Below are positions 11,745 to 23,836 of a DNA stretch of 64,000 nt, piece after piece. The position numbers and the translations under genes are program-made. This DNA is from Paraphysomonas bandaiensis (Eukaryota > Protista > Chrysophyceae). Location of the stretch: the NCBI GenBank assembly GCA_965644295.1, contig CBFFRP010000127.1, positions 62,001 to 126,000 on the forward strand, read 5' to 3'. Each line of letters opens with the position of its first letter. The first letter of the stretch is position 1. A model generated the notes under the pieces. The model was not told the DNA's origin. It worked only from the letters and a program-made list of their open reading frames with translations, and did not search any database.

Positions 11745-12437
11745 CTTGTGGCTAGTGCACTGCGTTAAAAAAGTATATATAGTATGTCCTGATTGTATCA
11801 TTACGTTTCAATGACTATTGTAAAAAAGTAGTTCTTGTTAGAATATTATTCTTATAAATTAGATAATAATTTCGTTCTTTCGCCCAAATCAAGACACTTT
11901 CCAAACTCACAAGCAAGTTTTGCATATAGCTCTAACTGAGTGAGACACTAATTGCAGTTATATATGTATTGGTCTAGAGGCGCCCCTGTATTTGCCATTC
12001 CAGTAATTGTTTAAGAACACTACTATATGCTCTGTATAGTTATGTAATTACCAGAATACTCTGGTATCACAGTTACAGCATACGAATATTTGTAATGAAC
12101 TCTTGTCGTAATATGACGATGACACTCTGCAAAGCTGACTATATGCCACTGAATCAACTCACAGTCTACGCACGATACACACCCTAAGAAGAATTAAGCC
12201 ACAGGTGGATCATACTCTACTTCTATCAAAGCCTTAGCAAATCATCGTACTACAAATAGATTATGAGCGATTTCATTGGATATATGGAAGGACAACTTTC
12301 CTTCAAATTCTCAGATTTTGACAGAAATTGAAAGTAAGGAAAAAAAACATCTCAATAATGTGAGACTTTCCCTCAAAAATCAACTCAAAACCACATAAAA
12401 AACACGACTACTCGTAGTTGTATCTAGTACCTCTCAG

Positions 12438-14042
12438 ATGGAAGAGCTGCTATCTTGTCAAATCTGCTTTGAGGCCTATGACTCGACGACTCATGAGCCA
12501 CGTGTGTGTCCATGTGGTCATACATTCTGTGTATCTTGTATCAATATCCTATTACTGGCATCGAATCCTCGGTCTATGCTGTGTCCTCTTTGCAAATTCA
12601 AGTTACCAAGAAACATCGGTCAGTTCCCGAGAAACTATGATATAATTGGCTTGTTTTCGCATAGTGAGAGTGAATGTAGTCCGATATGCTTGAACAGACT
12701 AGATATTGTTGCACGGTATAAGAAAGATATTGAGCGAGAGTATGAAATTGTGGCAGGCCAGGAATTGGAAGTCAGAAACTATGAAACACTAATATCTCAA
12801 ACTCATGAATATCTTCAACAACTGAGTTCAATGGCAACAAACGCATCTCGACAATTAGAACAGTCGCGCAGACGACTGGCTGAGTTGGAATTAACGGTAT
12901 CTAACATGGAGCTCACGAAATCAAACAGCTCAACAGGTACGGCCAGAGTTAAACAAGCTGTATAGTAGTGTACCAACAACAATATTACAGTAAACAAGCT
13001 TGGTCCTTTTCCTTCTGAATCGTTTCCACCACCCTCTGCAAGTGAGAGGCGATTCATAGACCGGTACGGCCTTTGTTTATTCGGTTTGTGGCTCACATTG
13101 CTGATAGGCAATATAGTGGACCAGGTCATCGACTATCGTTGCTAGATGACATAAGGTACATACAAACACCAACAGTGTGAACTTTCATCTGGACTTTGTA
13201 CTCACTAAAGATATAGGAGGCACCGTCTGACATCAACATCGCCTGTGCCTGCTCCACCACCACCTCCACTGAGGCAATCTAGAACTGAAGCCGTTCATGA
13301 TACAGAAATAGCACATCAAGACAGTCCGTCTGTGAGTTCTCCTGATGATCGACAATCCTTGCTAGATGACATAAGGTATATACAAACACCAACAGTGTGA
13401 ACTTTCATCTGGACTTTGTACTCACTAAAGATATAGGAGGCACCGTCTGACATCAACATCGCCTGTGCCTGCTCCACCACCACCTCCACTGAGGCAACCT
13501 AGAACTGAAGCCGTTCATGATACAGAAATAGCACATCAAGACAGTCCGTCTGTGAGTTCTCCTGATGATCGACAATCCTTGCTAGATGACATAAGGTATA
13601 TACAAACACCAACAGTGTGAACTTTCATCTGGACTTTGTACTCACTAAAGATATAGGAGGCATCGTCTGACATCAACATCGCCTGTGCCTGCTCCACCAC
13701 CACCTCCACTGAGGCAATCTAGAACTGAAGCCGTTCATGATACAGAAATAGCACATCAAGACAGTCCGTCTGTGAGTTCTCCTGATGATCGACAATCCTT
13801 GCTAGATGACATAAGGTACATACAAACGCCAACAGTGTGAACTTTCATCTGGACTTTGTACTCACTAAAGATATAGGAGGCATCGTCTGTTATCAACATC
13901 GCCTGTGCCTGCTCCACCACCACCTCCGCGCAGACAGAGAAGTGGTTCTCGATTCGAGTCCATGAGCTATTTGTTGCGAAATAATCCGTTTGTAAGACGT
14001 GATATGGTGGCAGCAGCAGGTACTGGTGTGAGCTTAGCGTAA
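12438..14042 (+). CDS. C3HC4 RING + coiled coil + 4 WH2-like/polyproline repeats
   Basis: CQIC..CPCGHTFCVSC..CPLC RING. Introns 12937-12990, 13064-13107 and one 61-nt intron per repeat give an open frame with repeated RQSLLDDIRRHRLTSTSPVPAPPPPP. The 3' end could include a further exon. Confidence 0.8.
13141..13927 (+). repeat. Tandem repeat, 220-bp unit x about 3.6, near identical (159-nt exon + 61-nt intron)
   Basis: Units start at 13141, 13361, 13581 and 13801 with GCTAGATGACATAAGGTA. Confidence 0.97.
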
Positions 14043-14788
14043 CCACTGAGAGAATCGTAAATATGCTCTACAATCAACTATCCAAATGTTAGATGCAGAG
14101 AGTTTTCATGATATTGTACACACATAATTAGTACTCTCTGTATTGTGTATTATATATTACTCTATAATATTTCTCAGGATTCAGAACTCAGCACTGTCAC
14201 TTTTCATGATTATAGTAGTAAATAATAAATAAGGCATTTCTAATTTCCTGAATGAGAGAATTTTTAAAGTTAATTCACTACACAAAGATATTTAAGGTGT
14301 TTGAGATCGGCTGCTAGCTCTATTAGTTTCGCTCTATCACTGTAGAATTGTGATAGTACGGGTTGCTGCAACAGAGCAGCAATCACTAACTCCAATATAC
14401 TATCAACACATCATTTCATGGCAAAAAGTATACTTAAGGGAGCTACTAGTATGCATTTAAGAGTTCGATGCGCTCAAATAAAATGCGCAATCAAATTTCT
14501 CTGAATATGAGCACAAGATTTTATCATTATTTTTATTGTCGTTCTTCCGATGGATTAATTAGGTACTCACATCGGATTTTCTGCTGAAATCATTAGCAGA
14601 TTTTATGTTCTGTACAATGTAGAGTAGCTTTGGTTCATAAACCCAGCCCCGCTGTGCGCTCGTCAACTAGGAGAATATGAAGTGTTTCCTTTACAAGCAA
14701 AGGTATTGCGGTAGTATTAATTAAACTTTTGCATAGCAGCATATAATTTTCGCCGTAAATTTGCAGTGTAGGACCACAAGGTAATTAA

Positions 14789-15400
<612 letters not shown>

Positions 15401-16010
15401 TTAGTGTCTTGGTTCTAGAACAATCAATGTGTGTGGTTGCTTTATACTTAGTGTTATCACTGTGCACGAAGATATACTCTATATATATATATACGTATGT
15501 ATATCAGGTAGGTAGACATACACTATATGCATATATTTTTGCAGCAACATGCAACACATCAACAATCAACTTGCATCATTATGATGGTCAGAACACACGA
15601 ACCCATTCCTCAACACACCAGAATCTAGATTTTCTACAACTATCATGTCATGAAATTACCTAGAAACTTCTACTAAAATAACCACTTGAATCTCAAAACC
15701 ACTGAAATATAAGATAACTGTTATAAAAAGGGGCGTATTTGGACACCGTAACCAGATATTGGGATATTACAGTGCACTGTGTATATGTGTATGGATGTGT
15801 ACAAGTGTATGTACACAGAGGATGGGTGGTGTTTTTTTATTGGGGAAGTACAGCAGGCAGCATACAGCAGTGCAGCAGTGCAGCAGAGGAGTGTATAGAT
15901 CCGCCCAGAGAGCAGACAGAGGAACTGATAGACGAAGATTATGAGGTAAGATAGATGCTCATTCTCTCCTCCCTAGGGGTAGTTGTAGTGTAGTCATAAG
16001 ATATCAGCCG

Positions 16011-19000
16011 ATGTTCACGCAGTTAACAGTCCTCACAGCGAGAGACTTCCATCTAGCCAACACATTCATACAGGGAGTATCCACTGGAAGTCAACGCTGT
16101 GTTCCTTCTATCACTACCAAGCATGCCATCTATCAATTTGAGACCGGAGCGGAGGTATTGCTCATCGAAGGCAGTGATATGGCAGAGGATCTGTTGGCAT
16201 CTTGTGAGTTTTCTCTGATAGTGTCGATCAGTGAATCAGAGGAAGTGCTCACAAGAGTTAAGCAGTCTGGTGGTATGGTAGTAGAAGAATGTTGTGTGAA
16301 TAGCAGCGCACTACATGTCATTACGGGCCCCGGAGGTATAACTCTCCGACTGATTGCTTTATCTGGTACCAGTACTGCGGCAGAGGTACTCTTGACATGG
16401 AAACTTTCAAAGGGTGATACATCAACTCTCAAAGAGACAGCCAATCCTACGAATGAAACCGATAATACTTCCTGGAGTCCTCCATCCGGGCCATTAATTC
16501 GAACACTTTTTCCGAGTTTGTTGCACAGAGGGTCCCTTCGCCCCATATACCCCAACTCATCAGTTCCTATTCCTTTCAAGACCGACTTATTTGAGGGAGA
16601 AATGCTCTTACTCATTCGCACTACACCACTCTCACCAGAATATCGACATTTTTTTGAAGGCAGCGATGCATGCTTTGAAGTGCAAGTGCAAGGAAGATTC
16701 CTCAGACGCCCGACCGGGAAACTTTTCATAGGTAGTTGATCTGGGCGCTGTGTGAGTAATATTGTAAATATACTGTTCAGGCGCAGAGATTACAAAGAAA
16801 ATGAATCTAGGCTTTATAACGCGGGGAATATGCAGCAGTATTCTTCAGTTTGTCCGCTCTGTGAACCCGTATATACACACCTCCTTTGGGGATGCAGAAG
16901 GTCGGGAACTTCCACATATCACAGGACCACTGTGGTGTATGGCTGATCGTATTGTGGTTACACCTGCAGGAGAGACTCCGCCAAAGTTAGGGTATGTTCT
17001 ACCTGAAAATGAACGTAATAGAGCTATAAGGCGTGCTAACCCACTACATGAGGAAATAGTCGACTTGGATGCGATATACAGCTTCTCTACAAATACCGAA
17101 AATATTGAGCTTTGTGACTGGTCAATGGTGAATGTGCCATTGATGAAAAAGTTTGATTTGCACACATTCTGGGCGGATGCTGATATTCGCCTGTGTTCCT
17201 ACTGTGTTCCGTTTGATTCGACCTCGGGTCCCGATCCCAGTACGAACACCTTTCCCAAGTACCACTACCAGGACCGCATCGAGTACATGCTCTGTGTTGA
17301 GATTGAACACCAGTCTAACCATCCTGACAGAGGAGCCAATACCGGACCTTTAATCCGCGCAGAAAGTATCTCCAGGAACTCCCCTCTTTCACTAGCGAAT
17401 GTGAGTCGAAGTGAGCTAGCAAGAGACAACACTTTTTTAGCCTTTAGTCACGACACGGGAGATATGGATATCCATGTGAGTGTCTCATGCCATTGTACCT
17501 ATATATTTCTCATCGTATTCTTGATTCCAATTATTTATAGAGAGGTATAAGGCTAGATGACGACGAAAGTATATACAGTGATGTTTTCTTCGATACGGAC
17601 GACGGATTTCGAGGTGGTGTTGATTGTTTACAGAATGCTGAACGCTCCGCTACACCTGTGTTATCACCTACCAAACTTTATGCCTCCGTGGTGGACTATT
17701 CCGATAGCGGATTAGTTTTCGTCCCTTCAGTGGTTTCCGTTGATGACTTACGCCGCACCGTGATAGGAATGAGGAGAGATTTATACGTTATATCTATCCC
17801 CAAGACATTTCTCCGACGTTCGGAGAAAACCAACGCTCAACCTTCTGTAGACAATCCGCACTCTTCTTACCTCACCACACTGTGCTCTTTTAAAGAATTT
17901 GAGGCGTGCTTTTCGGTTTATGTTGCGCCCAGACTGTGCTCAGTAGACAGAATGAGTATTACCGAAAAGCGTCGCTTAGATTTGCAAGAGTCGGTGGCTC
18001 ATTTATGCGCACTTGCTATAAGTGATGACAATGCGTATCAGGGCTTGCTATCCTTCATGGAGAAGCAAAGCCACAGTGCTACCTTTTTGTCATCTTCTAA
18101 GGCAAACCGAAACTCAGGAGTTGGGAGTACGAGATTGAGGTCGGATTTGGAAGACCCCACCCGACAGAGTTTTGTTTGTGTGCGTCAGGGTCAAACGCAC
18201 TGGTCTGAAGAATACATGGTACTCACCTCATCAGAAATTGTGTTTGTAAAGCACTCTGCTAGGTTCGGCCGTATGAGTCGGCTGCGCCTATCTCTTCGAG
18301 ATATACAAGACGTTGCTTTGATGGACTCCCGATACTGGCCTATGATTCTTGAAGGGTGTTTCTTCATGACGTTATCGTCCTTTTCCAGGGAGTATACCGT
18401 GATGATCAGAGGCCACGGGGTAGCCATGGACTGGGTTAATGCTATTGTTGCCACCAAGAAGAAGGTCAAGGCAGTTGGAACAAAAGCGAAGGACTCTATA
18501 TTGCGTCAGCCTGAGCTTTTCATGCAGTCGATGGACTGGAATCTGGGTGATAGAGTGATACTCAATTGCAGGGTTCTATGTGGAAGACTTAATTCTGAGA
18601 GACCACATATTGATGCAGTGCTCGATAGAAACTCAAGCGAGTTTCCGCTACAGCTGGTGCAACATGCCCTCGAAGAAATATCACACATATGTGTAGCTGC
18701 TACAAATGACCGCAATGAGTTGTTAGATCAGGCAAGCTGGCCCCGTGACCTTCAGAACCAACTGGTACACTTTTTGACCCTTGTATCTTACTTGCCGTGC
18801 ATTGATCTGAAGGCATATACCTATTCTGAAACAGAGTACACTTGTTTATTTGTAAACCTCTATCACGTAATAGTTTTGCATGCGTTTTTGGTCGCCGGAC
18901 CGCCATCATCAGTTCTTAAGTGGCCAAGTTTTTTCAACTCTTGTGCATATGAAGCGTTCGGTGACATATTCAGCTTGTCTGAACTAGAGCATTGTATCAT

Positions 19001-19682
19001 TAAAAATGGTACGATGTGTAATATTTGAAGTGTGTAGTGATTTCATACGCTCAAATATTTATTTGACAGGCATTGGGGCACCGAAAAGCTTTTTGATACA
19101 AGCCCTTATACCGCAGAGCGTGTACGATTTGAAGCTGACACAGAGTGATCCCCGCTTACTGTGGGCACTTAATTGTGGCTCCCTTTCGATGCCTGCAACG
19201 GTACCTATTCTTAATCCGAAGCAATGCGAGGAACAGCTGGATGACATTATGAAGTGAGTATTTGTTACACAGGAATATCGTATGCGATATCATGTGTTAT
19301 ACGAAACAGGAAATCGCTTGACGCACAACTGATGGTGTATAGATATGGTACCGGCCTGGTGGTCATGCTTCCACAAGTGTGTCAGTGGTACTCCAATGTC
19401 CTAGAAAGACAGGGTAGTAAACCTGGCACCGCAGCAATGCTGAAGTTTATAGAGAGATATGCCAGGTGACTTTGTGCACTTGTCAATATATTTGAAAATT
19501 ACCTGTATCGTAGTGGAGACAAGGCTGCTGCATTAAGAGAATTACATGAGAAAAAGGCGAAGTCGTATACTATAAAGTACAATGGATTAGACTATAGGTA
19601 TTATCTGTATAATATAGAGTATTGTTCCTATCACTAAAGGTGTTGCATCGTTAGGTGTAGGATCTTCAAAGCATATTCGTAA
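16011..19682 (+). CDS. Multidomain protein: possible VOC/glyoxalase-like N-terminus, DUF1769, PH-like, DUF547
   Basis: DUF1769-type PIPFKTDLFEG..FEVQVQGRF; PH-like HWSEEYMVLT..DWVNAI; DUF547-type LFVNLYH..FSLSELEH..DPRLLWALNCGSLSMP. Six short introns; stop TAA at 19680-19682. Confidence 0.75.
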
Positions 19683-20697
19683 ATGATGAATATGCGATTC
19701 CAAATTGCTCATCATATGTCACATATATTTTCTTTCGTTGTAGTTGTTGTTGCGATTACATAAGTAATAATATTTATAACCTTTGCTTTGTTGTTGATGT
19801 AGTTCTAATTTGCGACATACTCTTAATCACATCTGATCTCGGATATAGCAATGCACTCGGAAATTCGAAATTTCTATCAGATAAACGACGTATTGATAAG
19901 TAAAATACTGTCATATGATATATAGACATATTTAACCACGCATCATAAGGAGGCTGAGTCCTCCCACGGACAATGGGTGATATTTTTCCCAAGTATATAT
20001 TATATAGTTTATGCTATGTGTACTTTTCTATAGAATCAAAGACAGGCCACCAAATTGGGATAATAGATTTGATGCAGTGAAAACTAGGGCTAGGGAGCAA
20101 CATATTGAATTGCAATATATTGTAAATTATATTGATGGACTGGCCAAATATTTCATCCATATTGTTTCTGTTGATGTTACTCACTGCAATATAAAGCAGT
20201 CAATATTTTGATAGTATATATATATGTTGATCAAGAGGTCTGTGATAATTGTCCCCCTTTGTACCACTATGTAATTCTTTTAATGCGGAGAGTTAGTTGG
20301 TAGTTTGTACTGCTATTTAACTATTTCTGTAGAAATTATGCCTTATAGAAGTTTAAGTTAAAAACAAATGCGTTGAAAACTCAGACCTGTATTTTTTTAA
20401 CATAACAATGTTACTTTTAGTATATATCTACTATTCACCAACAAAACCAGGTAAAATCACTTTACCAGGTTTGGGCATTACAGGCACTTTTAGTCATAAC
20501 ATACGAAAAGTCTAACTTCTTAACTGTAAGGTGAAAAATGTAAGCTCCTGCACTTAAATATCCGGAATAATAGCAAAATGCCTATATCTGTTGTTGTGTT
20601 CTAGTTCAAAGAGGACTATACACTATACACCTCATGTCGTTACCATTAACGGCTACCAGGCCCTGATGTACAGTACTTCTCTTAATATAAAATAAAA

Positions 20698-21174
20698 TAC
20701 CCTCTACGAAGTCGGACTTTTTCGTGGTGTTCTGGGTGATAAGTACCGGAGAGATTCTCGCCGGGAAATTAAAGTGAGCCGCAAGCATATAGTCAGCAGA
20801 TAATTTTCTGCCTACCCATATAGCCGAATGCTTGTGTAGACGTCTTTGGGCCCCCATGAATAAACAGGCATCCGGGAATGGGCCCACCTCAAGGGCATCC
20901 GGGACAGGGCCCACCTAAAGGGTAACCGGGGTATTGGGCTGCCTGCTGAAGTCAAGCATCCGGGATGTTCACCTTAAGCCTTAAGGACAGAGAGCGAAAG
21001 TGATAGCACCTTGTTGGTGCTTGCGACGACGCACAAGCAGCTTTCGTACCATTAAATAGTAGGATAATTGAAACCGATTAGTTTCAGGTAGAGGTCTAAC
21101 TAGGTTGACTAGTATTCATCTAGCTACTAAGGTGGTGCAGGTTTTTAACGCCTATTGCTAATAATAAGACTTTC
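20698..21174 (+). mobile_element. RIME/SIDER-like short retroposon, copy 3 (full length, 477 bp, tail type B)
   Basis: Perfect 14-bp direct repeat AATATAAAATAAAA at 20684-20697 and 21175-21188. Starts (TA)CCCTCTACGAAG and ends TAATAATAAGACTTTC. Confidence 0.92.
20700..20780 (+). ncRNA. HDV-like ribozyme-like motif, probably inactive copy
   Basis: ACT-TTTTCGT-GGT (P3/L3), GTTCTGGG, TAAGTA, P4 CCGG-AGAG-ATT-CTC-G-CCGG, J4/2 GAAATTAA (T at the position of the catalytic C), GTGAGCC. The 5' strand of P2 is partly deleted. Confidence 0.5.
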
Positions 21175-21526
21175 AATATAAAATAAAACATATATTATAC
21201 TGATAAGTAGAGGCGCCTATGAATGCTTGAAAAGTAGTGATATATTCGACTGTTTTTGGAGTACGGTTGGAAGTGAATGCAATGCAACATCTGTGGACGC
21301 AAGAAAAAGGCTCAGTAAAGCAACAGAAAGCATCGATAGCAGAGGTGTAGATGTAACCTCCCAAATTTCGTCACACCGACAAATGTTTTTCGGCTACACT
21401 ATTTTTGATTATATTCCCTTAAGAGTGTGCAACATAGGTACACGTCCTACCTTTCCTATATAGGTCTATACTAATTCTTCCTTTTAATTTACTAGATGCT
21501 CACTTGTTCAAACTTATTGAAGTGAG

Positions 21527-23307
21527 CTAACCAACAAGGCCCATACTTCCCATGTCAATGTGACATCCATCTAAGTCGTCCACAGACGACAGTCTTCTTC
21601 TTCTCTCCCCCACGAAGTCATCATAGAACTCGTCTTCTACCAGGCTTTCCGTTGGCGGTGCCTCCTCTTCCTCGTCCTCAGAGTCCGTCTCCTGCGGCTG
21701 AACAAGAGGAAATCGCAAGGTTGCTGCCACACCAGTGTACTGATCCAGCTGCTCCCCACTGACATGCATACTACTGAATACATATACCTGAAAAAGATGG
21801 AACACATTCATTTGTGTGCACTAACATATCGTTTTGCCAACCTTTCCCCCATGCTCCCGAACGCTCTCCACTAAAGACACGTATTGCTGTCGCAACACTA
21901 CATCAGCAGCTTGAAACAGCTTGTCGGTAACAAGAAGCTCATCTATAGCCAAGTGTTCATCCGCATGAAGCACTTGCTTAAACCCATAAGCGGCCCGGTC
22001 TTCGTCTGACGAAAGGGTAGAATAAAACCTCTCTAATGCGCGAACCTTAAGTCATAGTGGTCAGATATATAAAGCATCCTGCTACCGAATACCTCAGCAA
22101 CAGCCTTGACATCATTGAGCTGCGAGCGCACTTCTGAAGATGCTAGCACCTGCTCAATAGCATTCTTGTGTCCTATTACACGAACAATATTATTATACGA
22201 TGTATAATGCACATTATGTGGCGTCGAAGGTACTCTACCTGACGAAGCATTGACACGAAGAAACTTCGACTTATTCTGCACGAGCACTGTATCCCCTCTC
22301 CTCACCGCTGTGTCGTTCAAGAAGTTCATGAAGTCGTCCTTTAGAAATCCAGGGCTACATAAAACGCATAAATGGGATGGAAACAGCATTCAATACTTAA
22401 ATACCTGCCCACAAGAACAACCCGCACAATATCAAAGTTAATATGTTTCTTTATTGCATCGTATATATCCTCCAAGAACTTCGCCAAAGCCTTACTGTGT
22501 GCCTGATTGAGCTATTTCGGCACACGTCACTACCCTGACTACGCAATTGACATGCGTATGTACCTGTCCCTTTTTCGGCATCCGGCGTTCAATCCTAGCC
22601 CTAGTAATGGTCATAGAGGAAGTGACCAGGCAGATATGGGCGAGACCCTCCTGCATAACAACAGCCGCCATGTCTGCTTTAGCCGCTGGATCGGCCGCCT
22701 GAAACAGCAGCGCATGATTCATATCATAGGCTTCCTTTATTGGAAAAATGTGTGAATACGCCATCATACCTCTTCTAATCGATCCAAACATATGACATCC
22801 CAGCATGACTTCTCCAGGCGAAGAGGCTGATTGGCTTCCAGGTCGACAGTGTGGTATTGCCCCATCTGTGGTAAAAAATAAAATAAAATCTACATGAAAG
22901 ATGTTATGTAATCGTACTTTGACAAATTCATTTTCCTCGACATTTCTTCCCACCAGTCTCAAGGAGCAGTGCTCCGAATCAAACTCTACTCTTTCAACTC
23001 GTATCGTTATCATCATTTTCACTCGGTTTTTACTTGTAGATCCAGTGTTACTCTCCCTCACAACCTGAAGTCTGATAACACACTCTCGTCATATCAATAT
23101 CGTAACAGACTTACATTGCGAACAGTGCTTGCTCGCACCACATCATTCTCTGTTATTAAATTATACAGATGCCACCTGTATGTCAAGAGATGATCAGTGA
23201 CGACAGCATCAGTGCAAGAGATCATACATGTCCTCATTATCATCTGCTTGTAGACGCACATATCCCGCTCCATTCTTAGCGGAGATTTCTTTCTTTAATA
23301 TACGCAT
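21527..23307 (-). CDS. PELO: Pelota/Dom34 ribosome rescue factor
   Basis: MRILKK..EDMWHLYNLI, IRVERVEFD..LRLVGRNVEENEFVK, AAVVMQEGLAHICL, SPGFLKDDF, FSSMHVSGEQLDQYTGVAATLRFPL. Multiple short introns. Confidence 0.96.
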
Positions 23308-23836
23308 ACTTTAACTGAGAATTATATATAGCTAATGCTTCTATGTGCAGATGAATGAGGGATGCATCTGCTAACTGTGATATAGTGGAGAGAGGAGTGT
23401 ATGTATATATATGTATGTATATATATGTCGAACTCTATGTGAAACTAACAGACAAACACTTCACTTCACTCTCTACATGCATACACGGTACATACATCTA
23501 TGGAACATGCAATGAGCACCTCCGAGTACTCCTCTACAATGCATACTACTCCAAATAGTATATAGCTGTACTGATACAGTATATACAGCAGTACATGTAT
23601 ATGTATGTATATCACTGTAGAGATAGTGAGTGTACTGTAATATCGTATACAGGTACTGTATACGGTTTTCATTACTACGCACTATGTGCAGAGAAGACTG
23701 CTGTACCCATGCATGTATCTATGCAGAGTATGGCTGTATCCTCTATGATGATCTTCATATATATTAACACACACACAACTATGAGCACAGGGGTGAATCT
23801 CAAGTAATCATCAATAAATAAACACGAGCAGTAGAT

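Noticed and set aside
13141-13927. Regular repeats as a CRISPR array or satellite
   Set aside because: There are no unique spacers, and the units are coding exon+intron duplications.
20444-20471. Imperfect palindrome similar to 28123-28154
   Set aside because: Too short and AT-rich to establish homology by eye.
20698-21174. Solo LTR, tRNA-SINE or hammerhead retrozyme
   Set aside because: No TG..CA ends with a 4-6 bp TSD, no A/B boxes, and no CTGANGA..GAAA core.
23355-23807. Short Tyr/Ile/Val/Cys-rich ORFs in divergent gaps (also 9645-9881 and 15409-15954)
   Set aside because: They are translations of TA/TG/CA-rich promoter tracts with no protein motifs.
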